Origin: Nitrosopumilus sp.
Lineage (GTDB): Archaea > Thermoproteota > Nitrososphaeria > Nitrososphaerales > Nitrosopumilaceae
Assembly (NCBI GenBank): GCA_963662625.1
Contig: OY759726.1
Location: forward strand, 512,001-576,000
DNA: 64,000 nucleotides
Direction: 5' to 3'
The translations under genes and the position numbers were made by a program. The notes under the pieces were generated by a model. The model did not search any database. It worked only from the letters and a program-made list of their open reading frames with translations, and was not told the DNA's origin. Positions 9,720 through 19,857 of the stretch are shown piece after piece (the stretch's first letter is position 1; each line of letters starts with the position of its first letter).

Positions 9720-10849
9720 CCCGCAAACAGCCCCCTGATCTCTCCTACTGCGGCGTCAGTCCTGAACCCGGTGGGCCCCAGCGAGGTCGGGCTGGACGCG
9801 AACCCGCCGTCCCGCAGGCCGCCTATCAGGCTGTCGAGCTTCGGCGGCGAGGCCTTCATGCCTGCCGCGATCTCGTCGAGGGTGTAGTACGTCCCGGGCA
9901 TGTCCGCCTCCAGGGCCGCCTTTGCCAGGATCTTCCCGCACGCCTTGTCCACCGCCATCCCCGGCGCGGCCAGGGCCATGCCCCGGACGAACCCCCCGTC
10001 GAAGAGCCTCCCGGTCCACAGCGGGCCGGCGGCGGCGTTTGCCGACCCGCACTCCTCGCATTCCGGCTCCCGCCGCGGCGAGGTCTTCCTGCGCATGCAC
10101 GCGCGGCAGTGCAGGACGAAGCCCATGTTCTCCCGCTGGTCGGGCCTTTTGTCCACCCTGACATACGTCCTGTAGTAGTGCTGGTCGCTCTCCACGAACA
10201 GCGGGTCTATCCCCATCCCCAGCCTTGCCGCGACCGACCTGAGGCACCCCAGGACCAGCCTTATGGCCACCTCGTTGCCGTACGTCACCCTGACGGGGAC
10301 GCCGCCGTACCTCCTCCTGCACGCGCCCTGGAACATCCCGTTCAGGACCTGCAGGTCCGTGGCCGTGCACGACAGGATCCCGCCGTGCATCGTCGCCCTC
10401 AGGCCGCAGTCAAAGAACGGGGCCGGGGAGCCGAACGGGTCGATGTCCACCATCGATCCGCGCTTTCCCCTCTCCGAGAACCTAGAGAAGAACCTGCAGG
10501 CCTCGTCCCCGGAGAAGCTCACGTTGTCGGTGCCGTTCAGCCTGGCAGAGTCCCTTGCCATCCTGACGGCCGACGGGTTCAGGTCGTTGGCCGCCACGCA
10601 GTCCACGTCCAGCTCGTTGGCTACCCTCAGCCCCCGGGCCCCGGTCCCCGACATCCCCTCCAAGAGGGTCTTGGGGCCAGCAAGGCCCGCCGCGAACGTC
10701 CCGTATGCCACCAGCGAGAGGTCCCTGTTCAGCCTCGCCCTCGGGTTGAAGAACGCCGGCTCCCTCGGCGGCACCCCCCCGGCGACGGATCCGCGGGGGA
10801 CGATCAGGGTCGTCCTCCCCTCGACCACCTCCTCCAGATCCGCCTCCAA
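9716..10849 (-). CDS. trm1: tRNA (guanine26-N2) dimethyltransferase
   Basis: FFNPRARLNRDLS, GARGLR, DIDPFGSP, TATD and AGPLW motifs. Confidence 0.92.
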   Translation of the reverse strand: MEADLEEVVEGRTTLIVPRGSVAGGVPPREPAFFNPRARLNRDLSLVAYGTFAAGLAGPKTLLEGMSGTGARGLRVANELDVDCVAANDLNPSAVRMARDSARLNGTDNVSFSGDEACRFFSRFSERGKRGSMVDIDPFGSPAPFFDCGLRATMHGGILSCTATDLQVLNGMFQGACRRRYGGVPVRVTYGNEVAIRLVLGCLRSVAARLGMGIDPLFVESDQHYYRTYVRVDKRPDQRENMGFVLHCRACMRRKTSPRREPECEECGSANAAAGPLWTGRLFDGGFVRGMALAAPGMAVDKACGKILAKAALEADMPGTYYTLDEIAAGMKASPPKLDSLIGGLRDGGFASSPTSLGPTGFRTDAAVGEIRGLFAG

Positions 10850-10912
10850 CAGCCTGACTGGCCAGGGCTGTCCCTATAATGGTTTAATACTCGCGCCCGT
10901 GGGACGGAACCC

Positions 10913-11533
10913 GTGCGGCTGTGCGGGGTTGACGACGCGGGGCGCGGTTCCATGCTGGGGCCGCTGGTGATCGCCGGGGTGTCCGTAAGCAAGTCCGGGC
11001 TCAGGGCCCTGCGCGAGCTGGGCGTCAGGGACTCCAAGACGCTCACCCCCAGATCCCGCGAGGAGCTGTACGGGAAGATCATTTCCGTGGTGGACGACTA
11101 CCACGTGGTCAGGATCCCCCCCAGGTCCGTCGACGCCAGCGTCAGGAGGCACGCCCTGAACCACCTCGAGGCCAGGCACATGGCGAGGGTGGTCTCCAGG
11201 CTGGATCCCGACGCGTCCTACGTCGACTCTTGCGACGTCAACCCGCGCAGGTTCGGGAGGGAGGTCTCGCGGCTTTCCGACAACAGGAGGATCCACTCGT
11301 ACCACCACGCCGACAGCAGGTTCGTGGTGGTCTCGGCCGCGTCGATAGTGGCCAAGGTGTCAAGGGACAGCTCGATCTCGCGCCTGCGGAGGGACCACGA
11401 CCTGGGCAGCGGCTACCCGTCCGACGCCAGGACGATCCGGTTCGTGTCGGAGTTCTACGCGGCCAACCGCGCGCTGCCCGCATTCGTCCGCAAGAGCTGG
11501 AAGCCCGCCCAGAGGATACTCGCCGGCGGCTAG
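10913..11533 (+). CDS. rnhB: Ribonuclease HII
   Basis: GVDDAGRG..LGPL, DSK, VSAASIVAKV.RD and GSGYPSD. Confidence 0.93.
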   Translation: MRLCGVDDAGRGSMLGPLVIAGVSVSKSGLRALRELGVRDSKTLTPRSREELYGKIISVVDDYHVVRIPPRSVDASVRRHALNHLEARHMARVVSRLDPDASYVDSCDVNPRRFGREVSRLSDNRRIHSYHHADSRFVVVSAASIVAKVSRDSSISRLRRDHDLGSGYPSDARTIRFVSEFYAANRALPAFVRKSWKPAQRILAGG

Positions 11534-12204
11534 CCCAGCGCCCTGGCAAGCGCTATCGCGTGGTCCTTGTCGTACGGGCGCAGGTCTATCACCTGCAGTA
11601 TCTCGAAGCCGGCCCTCAGCTTGTCCACCTCCCGGGCGATGACCCGCCCGGGCGCCTCCGCGACATTTATGCTCCTAGGCTTGACCACCAGGAAGAGCCA
11701 GCCGTTCTTCTTCAGGTACGCCCTGCAGTTCTCGATCGCGATGGCCGTCTGGTCCGGCTGCGCGATGTCCACGTAGACCACGTCTACCTTCCCGAAGGCT
11801 CCCGAGTACTCCTTGGGCTTCCTGGCGTCCTGGACTATCGGGATGACGTTCCTCCTGCGCGATGCGACCCTGTCGATGAACTCCCTGGCCACCCTGCTGG
11901 CGTGATCCACCCCGAAGACCGTCCCGCCGGGCCCCACTATGTCGGAGATGTGGCTGGCCGTCGTGCCGGTGGACACCCCCAGGTAGAGCACGGACGACCC
12001 CTCCGCGAACGGGAACTCCTCCAGCCCCTTCATGACCGCCGCCGCCAGCTTGCTCCTGAACGGGTCCCACAGCCGGTATTCCACGCCCTTCCTGACTACC
12101 AGGTTCTCCTTGTAGGCCCGGCGCCCCGGAACCAGGTTTTCCGTGGCGAGCCTCTCTTCTCCCTCGAACCTTATCCAGAAGATCCCCCTGTTACCGCCTT
12201 CCAA
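11530..12204 (-). CDS. flpA: Fibrillarin (box C/D 2'-O-methyltransferase)
   Basis: YRLWDPFRSKLAAA, VLYLG..GTT.SH.SD and DIAQPDQ. Confidence 0.95.
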   Translation of the reverse strand: MEGGNRGIFWIRFEGEERLATENLVPGRRAYKENLVVRKGVEYRLWDPFRSKLAAAVMKGLEEFPFAEGSSVLYLGVSTGTTASHISDIVGPGGTVFGVDHASRVAREFIDRVASRRRNVIPIVQDARKPKEYSGAFGKVDVVYVDIAQPDQTAIAIENCRAYLKKNGWLFLVVKPRSINVAEAPGRVIAREVDKLRAGFEILQVIDLRPYDKDHAIALARALG

Positions 12205-13441
12205 ACTTCTTTCGCTTCTTCTTTTTCTGGCCCGGCCTGTCCCCGGGCGCCCTCCTGCCGCGGCCCCTCTCGGGGGCCCTCCCGGAATTCTCGCCGCCCC
12301 TCCTTGCCGTCCCCGGCTTCCTCTCGGGGGGCTTTTCGTACCTCTTTCCTATCTCCGAGACCCTCACGTTGAGCTTCTCCAGCAGCATCTCGTTTATCCC
12401 CTCGCCGTACACGTCGACCCTGGCGGCGATCACGGTCTTTGCGGCGATCGCCCTTGCTATCTTGCCCCTCTGCCACCGGGGCGCGCCGTGGACCAGCTGG
12501 TGCTGGAACAGCAGCCCGTGCTTTGGCGGCTGCGATCCGGTCTTCAGCGCCCGGAACAGCGCCTTTTCGGCTCCCAGCACCTGTATGGTGCTTGCCGGCA
12601 GCGACGCCAGCCTCTTGAGGCTGCCCGCCTTCCTCATGAGCCTCGCCCCTATGGTGGGCCCCACTATGGCGGTCAGGTTCGGCGCGGTCTCCCTCATCTC
12701 GGCGTCTATGTGCATCTCCACGCCCCTCCTCAGCTCGTGGAGGCCGGCTATCTGCCTTGCCAGCGACTGGACCATCGACAGGTTGGCGTCGGAGATCTTC
12801 CCGCCTATGCTCTTTGAGGCGACCAGGACGACCATCTGGGCGTTGGACTCTGTGAACCCGGCCCCCTCGAAGAGATCCTTCGTCAGGTCTCCCCTCCTCC
12901 CGCCCAGGACGACCTGCGCGTACCCGTTTATGCCGTCGACTATGTTTTCGAGCTCCGGGAAGTGCAGCCCGTACCACTCGCGCATCCTCGAGCTCAGGAC
13001 GTTGGCGATCTTGTCGATCTCGTCTAGCGAGTCGATCGCCCTGACGATGTAGAGGTCAGGGCTCTCGAGGACCTCGGTCACCTGCGACGACGTCAGCCCC
13101 AGCGAAAAGTCCCTGAGCTTCCCGAGCGCGTCCGGGACGTCCTTTGCGAACCCCGAATCCACGATTATCTGCGGCTTTGACGACTGGATCTCCTCGAGCT
13201 CCTTCTCGTCCATCATCTGCGCGTCGATCGAGGACTTTTTTAGCAGCTCAAGCAGCGACGCGTCGCTGGTCTTCACGCCCCTCTGGAGCGAGTTGAGGTA
13301 CTCGACCAGCTGGTCCAGGCTGGCCTCTTTTTTTTTAATCGAGAGGTACTCGCCCACCACGTCCTTGAACGGGAACGTCCTGTCAACCACTCCCCCGCTG
13401 AAGACCGGTATCCCCAGTTCCGTCAAGATCACGGAGTACAT
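12191..13441 (-). CDS. nop5: Nop5 (Nop56/58) box C/D RNP protein
   Basis: REWYGLHFPEL, PASTIQVLGAEKALF, PKHG and RGKIAR; basic tail. Confidence 0.95.
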   Translation of the reverse strand: MYSVILTELGIPVFSGGVVDRTFPFKDVVGEYLSIKKKEASLDQLVEYLNSLQRGVKTSDASLLELLKKSSIDAQMMDEKELEEIQSSKPQIIVDSGFAKDVPDALGKLRDFSLGLTSSQVTEVLESPDLYIVRAIDSLDEIDKIANVLSSRMREWYGLHFPELENIVDGINGYAQVVLGGRRGDLTKDLFEGAGFTESNAQMVVLVASKSIGGKISDANLSMVQSLARQIAGLHELRRGVEMHIDAEMRETAPNLTAIVGPTIGARLMRKAGSLKRLASLPASTIQVLGAEKALFRALKTGSQPPKHGLLFQHQLVHGAPRWQRGKIARAIAAKTVIAARVDVYGEGINEMLLEKLNVRVSEIGKRYEKPPERKPGTARRGGENSGRAPERGRGRRAPGDRPGQKKKKRKKFGRR

Positions 13442-13528
13442 GCTAGGTGATCCGAACTGACCTTTAAAAAAGGTACCAGATTGGCCGCAGACCAACCGTT
13501 ATATTCAAACCCGGGATACCTGATCAGA

Positions 13529-14440
13529 GTGGAGCCGAGTCTTGCTACAACCATAGGTCCAATCTCGCTTGCCAGGCCCGCGATGCTGGCCTCGGGCATA
13601 CTGGGGATCTCCATGGAGGTGTTTGGCCGCGTCTACCGCGCGGGGGCCGGCGCCGTCGTCACAAAGTCACTGAGCAGGGAGCCGTGGGAGGGGTACCCGA
13701 ACCCCACCGTGGTCGGCGTCAAGGGTGGCGGGTGGATAAACGCGGTGGGCCTGTCGAACCCCGGGGCGTCGAACTTTGCTGGCATGATGGGGCCCGGCGG
13801 GGACGTCCCGGTCATAGTCAGCCTGGTGGGCTCCGCCGCCGGCGACTTTGAGTCCATGGTGGGGGAGTTTGCGGGCCGCGGGGTCACCGCGTACGAGCTT
13901 AACCTGTCGTGCCCCCACGTGGCCAAGGTGGGGCTCGAGGTGGGCGACGATCCCGGGCTGGTAAGGGAGATCGTCTCCGCCGTGAAGAACGCCTCCGGCG
14001 TGCCCGTGATCGCCAAGGTCGGGCTCGGGACGGTCCACTACCTCGACACCGTCGGCGCGGCCGTCGACGCCGGGGCCGACGCGGTGACGGCGATCAACAC
14101 GGTACGCTCCATGGCGATCGACGTCGAGACCCAGAGGCCCGTCCTCAGCAACAGGTTCGGCGGCCTCTCCGGGACGCCGATAAAGCCGATTGCGCTGCGC
14201 TGCGTCTACGAGATATCGTCAAGGTACGACATCCCGGTGATAGGCTGCGGGGGGATCTCCTCCTGGGAGGACGCCGTGGAGTTTTTCCTGGCGGGCGCGT
14301 CCGCGGTCCAGCTGGGCAGCGCGATAGGGGACGACTGGACAGGGGTGTTCGGCGAGATCAACCGCGGGGTGGCGGGGTACATGGGCAGGAAGGGCATCGG
14401 GAGCATAAGGGAGATGGTGGGCGCTGCCAAGGAATCCTAA
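13529..14440 (+). CDS. pyrD: Dihydroorotate dehydrogenase, catalytic subunit
   Basis: [25 protein letters not shown] and IGCGGI. Confidence 0.92.
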   Translation: MEPSLATTIGPISLARPAMLASGILGISMEVFGRVYRAGAGAVVTKSLSREPWEGYPNPTVVGVKGGGWINAVGLSNPGASNFAGMMGPGGDVPVIVSLVGSAAGDFESMVGEFAGRGVTAYELNLSCPHVAKVGLEVGDDPGLVREIVSAVKNASGVPVIAKVGLGTVHYLDTVGAAVDAGADAVTAINTVRSMAIDVETQRPVLSNRFGGLSGTPIKPIALRCVYEISSRYDIPVIGCGGISSWEDAVEFFLAGASAVQLGSAIGDDWTGVFGEINRGVAGYMGRKGIGSIREMVGAAKES

Positions 14441-15236
14441 CCGCCCGCACATAGTCACGGTCGAGAGGGTGGTCGACGAGACCCCGACCGTCAGGACCCT
14501 GGTCTTTTCTGACGACGTGATGTCGGCCGCGCGGCCCGGGCAGTTTGCCATGGTGTGGGTCCCGGGGGTGGGCGAGCTGCCGATGAGCGTGATGGTCTCC
14601 GGGGGGGACGGGGAGGCGGCATTTACGGTAAGGAGGCACGGGGAGGCGTCCACCGGGCTGTTCAACACCGCGGCGGGGCAGCAGATCGGCGTGCGCGGGC
14701 CCTACGGAAACTCCTTTGACCTGAGGGAGGGGAGGCTCCTGCTGGTGGGCGGCGGGACGGGGCTCGTCCCGCTGATGAGGCTGCTGGCGTCAGTCAGGCC
14801 GGACGACGAGGTCACCGTCCTGATCGGCGCCAGGACGAGGGACGAGGTGTTCTTCGAGGGCCTGGCAAACGGCCTGCTGGAGGGAAACGCCCACAGCGTC
14901 ATAGTCGCCACGGACGACGGCTCGTACGGGGAGAGGGGGAGGGTCACCGACGTCGCCCTGGGGCTCGTCGACGGGCGGCGCTTTGACGGCGTCTACACGT
15001 GCGGCCCCGAAAAGATGATGTACAAGGCGGTCAAGGCGGCGCATTCCAGGGGGCTCTTCGTCCAGGCCAGCCTGGAACGGGTTATGAAGTGCGGCGTGGG
15101 CATGTGCGGGAGCTGCTGCACGGGCAGCGACCTCGTGTGCAGGGACGGCACCGTGTTTGACGGCGACCACCTGCTCTCGAACCCGGAGTTCGGCCGTTCC
15201 CACAGGAATAAGGCAGGAATCTTGGAAAATTATTAA
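14424..15236 (+). CDS. pyrK: Dihydroorotate dehydrogenase electron transfer subunit (start either CTG 14424 or GTG 14469)
   Basis: PGQF, RGPYG, GGGTG, CGP and the 2Fe-2S motif KCGVGMCGSC...C. Confidence 0.9.
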   Translation: MPRNPNRPHIVTVERVVDETPTVRTLVFSDDVMSAARPGQFAMVWVPGVGELPMSVMVSGGDGEAAFTVRRHGEASTGLFNTAAGQQIGVRGPYGNSFDLREGRLLLVGGGTGLVPLMRLLASVRPDDEVTVLIGARTRDEVFFEGLANGLLEGNAHSVIVATDDGSYGERGRVTDVALGLVDGRRFDGVYTCGPEKMMYKAVKAAHSRGLFVQASLERVMKCGVGMCGSCCTGSDLVCRDGTVFDGDHLLSNPEFGRSHRNKAGILENY

Positions 15237-15278
15237 ACTTGACCAGCAAGGTTTAAAATAAATCACTGAATTATTGCG

Positions 15279-17012
15279 GTGAAGGACATGGGAACTCCAA
15301 AGATCGTGCTTACCGCGGACCGGACGCTGATGTCCCCGTACAGGGGGCTCTCCCTGGCCACGTTCTTCGGGTGCGCGCCGGCTCTGGACCCGCACCGGGA
15401 CAAGAAGAGCTTCTGGTACAAGATCCTGAAAAACCAGGTGACCCCGAAGATCCTGTTCGACTTTATCTGCAACTACATCCCCCACACCAACGGCGTGGCA
15501 AACTACGCCCCCTACGGGCTGAGGAAGCTGGAGGCAGGGCTGCTGCGCGACGGCTTTAGCAGGCAGGACGTCGTGGTGGCCCACCCGGACCACATCGAGA
15601 AGTTCATAGGCCCCGAGACGATGGCCGTCGGCACGTACGAGATGGACCCGCTGGGGATGGGGCCCGTGACCATGACCTTCACCTACGGGAGGAAGCAGAT
15701 CTCCTACGACGAGTACTACAACGCCGAGCTCCACCGCAGGATCAAGGCGGCCAAGGAGAAGACGGGGAGCAAGGCCAAGGTGATCTCAGGCGCCTCTGGG
15801 ACCTGGCAGTACAACTACGACCCGGAGAAGATCCGCGAGTTCGGGATATACGCGATACTCGAGGGGGAGCTCGGGGGGATCGCGCCCGAGATAGACGGCC
15901 ACGCCGGCAGGTTCTTCAACTACCTGATCAACGGCGACTTTGAGAACATGGACCCGTTCAGGAAGAGGAGCGACTTCAAGGTGAACATCAAGGAGTTCGA
16001 GAGGCGCGGGAAGAAGATCCACGGCAGGTTTGTCAACTTCTGGGACAGGCCCGAGCTGGAGGAGATCCCCGACATCGTCGAGCCCAGCATGCACGGCATG
16101 GTCGAGGTGATGCGTGGGTGCGGCAGGGGGTGCAAGTTCTGCGACGTCACGCTGAGGTCGCTCAGGTACTACCCCCCGGAAAAGGTCAAGAAGGAGATCG
16201 AGGTCAACCTGAAGAAGGGGGGCTCAAAGTCCGCGTGGATCCACAGCGACGACATCTTCGTCTACGGGATGGATCCCAGGACCTCCAAGGGGATGGAGCC
16301 GAACAGGGAGGCCCTCGAGGAGCTGTTCACCGCAATAATGGCCACGGGGGTGGCCCACACCAACCCCACTCACGGCACCCTGGCCGGCGCCATAGCCGAC
16401 GAGAAGCTGATCCCGAACATCTCCAGGATCATCAAGGCGGGCCCCGACAACATGATCGGCATCCAGGCCGGCTTTGAGACCGGCAGCCTCAGGCTGATAG
16501 GCAAGTATGCGGACAGGAAGCTCGCGCCGTACGCGCCCGACGAGTGGCACTGGGTGGTCAAGGAGGGCGTGAAGACCCTGAACCAGGACTACTGGATCCC
16601 GGCGTTCACCCTGATCATGGGGCTGGACAACGACGAGACCCCCGAGGACTCGTGGGAGACGGTCAGCCTGATAAGCGACCTGGAAAGGGAGCAGCCGGAC
16701 TCGATGTTCACCACCACCGCGCTCACGTTCGTGCCGATAGGGCTCCTGGAAAAATCCGACTTTTTCAACATCGGGAACGAGATGACCCCGCCGCAGCTGG
16801 GCGTGCTTTACAAGACCTGGCAGCACAACTTCAAGTACGGCATACAAAAGTTCATGAACAAGACCGGGGCGGAGGGCCCGCAGAAGTACTTCTTCAACAT
16901 GCTTGCTCGGTCCTTGGGCGGGGTCCCGCTGGGCGCGATGGAGCGCTATGCCCGCAGGAAGAGCAAGGAGCACGAGAAAGTGATCGAGACCATCAAGGCA
17001 AAGTACTGGTAG
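15279..17012 (+). CDS. B12-binding-type radical SAM enzyme, GDGT ring synthase (GrsA/B)-like
   Basis: CGRGCKFC; N-terminal IVLTADRTLMS and APYGLRKLEA motifs recalled from the Grs family. Confidence 0.65.
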   Translation: MKDMGTPKIVLTADRTLMSPYRGLSLATFFGCAPALDPHRDKKSFWYKILKNQVTPKILFDFICNYIPHTNGVANYAPYGLRKLEAGLLRDGFSRQDVVVAHPDHIEKFIGPETMAVGTYEMDPLGMGPVTMTFTYGRKQISYDEYYNAELHRRIKAAKEKTGSKAKVISGASGTWQYNYDPEKIREFGIYAILEGELGGIAPEIDGHAGRFFNYLINGDFENMDPFRKRSDFKVNIKEFERRGKKIHGRFVNFWDRPELEEIPDIVEPSMHGMVEVMRGCGRGCKFCDVTLRSLRYYPPEKVKKEIEVNLKKGGSKSAWIHSDDIFVYGMDPRTSKGMEPNREALEELFTAIMATGVAHTNPTHGTLAGAIADEKLIPNISRIIKAGPDNMIGIQAGFETGSLRLIGKYADRKLAPYAPDEWHWVVKEGVKTLNQDYWIPAFTLIMGLDNDETPEDSWETVSLISDLEREQPDSMFTTTALTFVPIGLLEKSDFFNIGNEMTPPQLGVLYKTWQHNFKYGIQKFMNKTGAEGPQKYFFNMLARSLGGVPLGAMERYARRKSKEHEKVIETIKAKYW

Positions 17013-17080
17013 CGCGCCCCCATCCCTCGGCGCCCGGGCGCCATCCAAATACATAAATTCGTTAGGCCGCAACACAGGTC

Positions 17081-17263
17081 ATGGCAACCCACGGTTCGCT
17101 TACCAAGGCAGGCAAGGTCAGGGGTCAGACGCCCAAGGTGGAGGGCAGGAAGATCGTAGGCACCAACGCCAGCCTGAGAAACAAGAGCAACTTCAAGAAA
17201 AGGTTCGCCCTGGGCAGGGTCCCGGGCCAGAACAAGCCGGGGCAGAGAAGGAGGAGGCGCTAG
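17081..17263 (+). CDS. rps30e: Ribosomal protein eS30
   Basis: HGSLTKAGKVRGQTPKV. Confidence 0.95.
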   Translation: MATHGSLTKAGKVRGQTPKVEGRKIVGTNASLRNKSNFKKRFALGRVPGQNKPGQRRRRR

Positions 17264-17397
17264 CCGTCCCCGCGCGGCATCCCGGCGCCCGCGGTCCGGG
17301 CGCCCCAGCCGCGCAGCTTGCCCCGCGGCGCCGGCAGTCCCCGCGCGTGCTACGTATTTAGAGAGCCTTCACGTACACAATGCCGGGTTCTCCGGCG

Positions 17398-17823
17398 ATG
17401 CGTTTGGCAAAAAGATCAGTTGTTGCGGGGGTTTTGGTCGCGGTCGCGGCCGCCGCGGTGGCGGCGGCATACCAGGATCCCGGGGAGCAGGCCCCGGATC
17501 CCTCCCCGGAGGCCGAGGGCGGGATCGCCGCGGACGTGATCATGCCCACCAAGGTCTCCAGGCCCGGCTGCGAGGAGACCGACTCATGCTACGTCCCGGC
17601 CAGGATCACCGTCAGGCCCGGCCAGCCGGTGACCTGGCTGAACCAGGACTCCGCGTTCCACAGCGTGACCTCTGGCGCGTACGGCGACCCCACGGACGAC
17701 TTTGACAGCGGGTACATGGATCCCTACGAGTCATTCACCCTGACCTTTGAGCGGGCCGGAACCGTCGATTATTTTTGCACGCTTCACCCCTGGATGGAGG
17801 GCCAGGTCGTTGTGAGGGAGTGA
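17398..17823 (+). CDS. Exported plastocyanin-like blue copper protein
   Basis: Signal peptide; FHSVTSG and type-1 Cu ligands YFCTLHPWM. Confidence 0.88.
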   Translation: MRLAKRSVVAGVLVAVAAAAVAAAYQDPGEQAPDPSPEAEGGIAADVIMPTKVSRPGCEETDSCYVPARITVRPGQPVTWLNQDSAFHSVTSGAYGDPTDDFDSGYMDPYESFTLTFERAGTVDYFCTLHPWMEGQVVVRE

Positions 17824-17830
17824 TGGTTCA

Positions 17831-17902
17831 AGGTGCCAGAGGGAGTCGAACCCTCTTGTATGGGCTTTGCAGGCCCACGCATAACCGTTCTGCCACAGCA
17901 CC
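17831..17902 (-). tRNA. tRNA-Cys(GCA)
   Basis: Cloverleaf GGTGCTG.../TGGCACC, anticodon arm TGGGC-CT-GCA-AA-GCCCA, TTCGA T-loop. Confidence 0.95.
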
Positions 17903-18061
17903 GTTCTGAAGAGCGCAAGATCAACAATTAAATTCTTTAGGTCGCGGCAGGTCCCGCGGCATCTGGCGGCGGCCCGCAAGCCGCCGGGCCTGGCACCCGC
18001 CACGAATCCGGGCCCGCGGCCGCCCCGCCACGCTGGGGAACCCAGAATGTTTTTTATACCT

Positions 18062-18250
18062 ATGAGGGATAGCAGGTACGGCTTGGGCTCCAAACAGAAA
18101 TGCGCCTTGTGCAACGAGCAGGTCGGCTTCCGCTTCAACCCGATGTCGGAGTGGGGGGTAGACGGGGTCATATGCGGGAAGTGCTACTCGAGGAAGATCG
18201 ACGAGCACTACCCGGGGGATCACGTCAGGGTGAACAAGGAGGGCGACTAG
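18062..18250 (+). CDS. Small zinc-finger protein
   Basis: CALC...CGKC. Confidence 0.7.
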   Translation: MRDSRYGLGSKQKCALCNEQVGFRFNPMSEWGVDGVICGKCYSRKIDEHYPGDHVRVNKEGD

Positions 18251-18834
18251 CCCGGCTTTGAGTACTTGTTGACGTACAGGCAGTTCCACGCGAGCGGGTC
18301 GTTTTTCGCGTCATCCTCTGTCAGGTAGGCTATGTCGGTGACCGTCTTCTTTCTACGCAGCAGGTTGACCTGAAAGCTCGAGAACCTCCCGCAGCCGCAC
18401 GCGTTGTACAGGCACGAGTCGCCGTCGTTTTCGTCGTGGTCGTCTGCTGAGTGGCCGCAGTTGCACAGGGCGTCCTTCTTTACGTCCGCGAGGCGTTTTT
18501 TGGCGTATACGCCGAGGCGCAGGTACGCCTCACCGCCGTGGCCCTTCTTGAACCGCTCGTAGTTTTCAGACTTCGCGAGCGCCTTGAAGAACGCCATGTT
18601 CGAGTCGGGGTTCAGGGAGTCGGATCCCATGACGAACCAGTACCTCTCGCCGACGTCGACGAACCTTATCTTGATTGACGGGTCTGGCCAGTGGTAGATG
18701 GTGTCGCGCCACAGGCCGGAGGCGTACTTCAGGTCGTCAAACAGGGGCACGACGTTCATCCTCAGGTCATAATACCTGTAGGCCACGCCCAGGAAGTTGC
18801 CAAACCACGGGATCGGTGACTGGGACAATACCAC
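18247..18834 (-). CDS. Conserved hypothetical protein with Cys/His metal-binding motif
   Basis: CNCGH..DDHD...C...CGC; start near GTG 18834 or TTG 18828. Confidence 0.7.
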   Translation of the reverse strand: MVLSQSPIPWFGNFLGVAYRYYDLRMNVVPLFDDLKYASGLWRDTIYHWPDPSIKIRFVDVGERYWFVMGSDSLNPDSNMAFFKALAKSENYERFKKGHGGEAYLRLGVYAKKRLADVKKDALCNCGHSADDHDENDGDSCLYNACGCGRFSSFQVNLLRRKKTVTDIAYLTEDDAKNDPLAWNCLYVNKYSKPG

Positions 18835-19045
18835 ACAGGTCAGGGTGAGTGTATTTATCTTGATCCAAGCGGCGCGGGGCGCGGGGCGCCGTTTTTCACC
18901 AAAAAACGCCACATTCCGGCAAAAATCCGCGGCCGCCGGGGGGCCCCGCCGGCGCCCGGCCCGGCTGGTGCATGCGATCCTGGCCGCCGGGCCCCGATCG
19001 GGGGGCCGTTATACCCTTATATCGTGGTTGTGCCGCTAGTTACGT

Positions 19046-19327
19046 ATGGTAGCCTACAGGACAAGCATGAAGATCGTCGCCGATCTGCTGACCGTCACCG
19101 AGCAGTCGGGCATGGAAGGCATCAAGACGACGTCGCTGCTGACCAAGGCAAACCTATCGCACTCTAGGCTGTCAAAGTTCCTCGACAACCTGACGGGTTC
19201 CGGGCTGATCAACAGGATCGAGTTCGACGGGAAGAACGCGTTCGTGATCACCGAGAAGGGCAGGCAGTACCTGGAATCATACGCAAAGTTCGCGAGCATG
19301 GCAGAGTCGTTCGGGCTGGAGTTGTAG
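19046..19327 (+). CDS. Winged-helix transcriptional regulator (COG3432-like)
   Basis: KANLS...L..L...GLI...FVITEKGRQYL; TTATAT about 25 nt upstream. Confidence 0.85.
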   Translation: MVAYRTSMKIVADLLTVTEQSGMEGIKTTSLLTKANLSHSRLSKFLDNLTGSGLINRIEFDGKNAFVITEKGRQYLESYAKFASMAESFGLEL

Positions 19328-19328
19328 C

Positions 19329-19541
19329 CTACCTCTTGGATCGCCGCCTGGCGTTGGATCGTTGCCTCTCCTTTCTGCTCTTGTAAGAGTCGTAAAGCAC
19401 TATGGCCGAGATGCCACCGATGGAAAAGTAGAACAGGAGCAGGAACGGGGGGTCTCGGATCTCCCCGTTAGTGGGCGACACGAACGCTATGGGGATCCCC
19501 ACCACGAGGAATATCAGAACCACCATCAGGTACTTGTCCAT
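19329..19541 (-). CDS. Small two-TM membrane protein
   Basis: Two hydrophobic helices and a basic tail. Confidence 0.7.
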   Translation of the reverse strand: MDKYLMVVLIFLVVGIPIAFVSPTNGEIRDPPFLLLFYFSIGGISAIVLYDSYKSRKERQRSNARRRSKR

Positions 19542-19603
19542 GCACTGGGGTGTTTACAAAACCATATATCTTTTTGATTTGAGACCAAGGTTGCTGGAGG
19601 ATC

Positions 19604-19780
19604 ATGAGCAAGTTTCTTGACGTAATCGGGCTGGGGCTGATAGCCGTGATGATACTCGCGTTCGTCGGCGTAATCCCGGGGCAGGATCCCGGGCTGTCGC
19701 CGCTGTTCTGGGGATGCGCCGGGGGGGCGCTGGTGATCATATTCTACAGGAAAAGGATGAAAAAGCGGGAGGAGGGGTGA
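19604..19780 (+). CDS. 58-aa two-TM membrane protein (not in ORF track)
   Basis: MSKFLDVIGLGLIAVMILAFVGVIPGQDPGLSPLFWGCAGGALVIIFYRKRMKKREEG; GGAGG just upstream. Confidence 0.7.
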   Translation: MSKFLDVIGLGLIAVMILAFVGVIPGQDPGLSPLFWGCAGGALVIIFYRKRMKKREEG

Positions 19781-19857
19781 GCTCGGCCGCCACGCGCGGG
19801 CGTGCGGGGGCGCCGCGGCGCCCGCCCCGGGGGCGCGGGGCCGCCGGCGGGCCCGGC

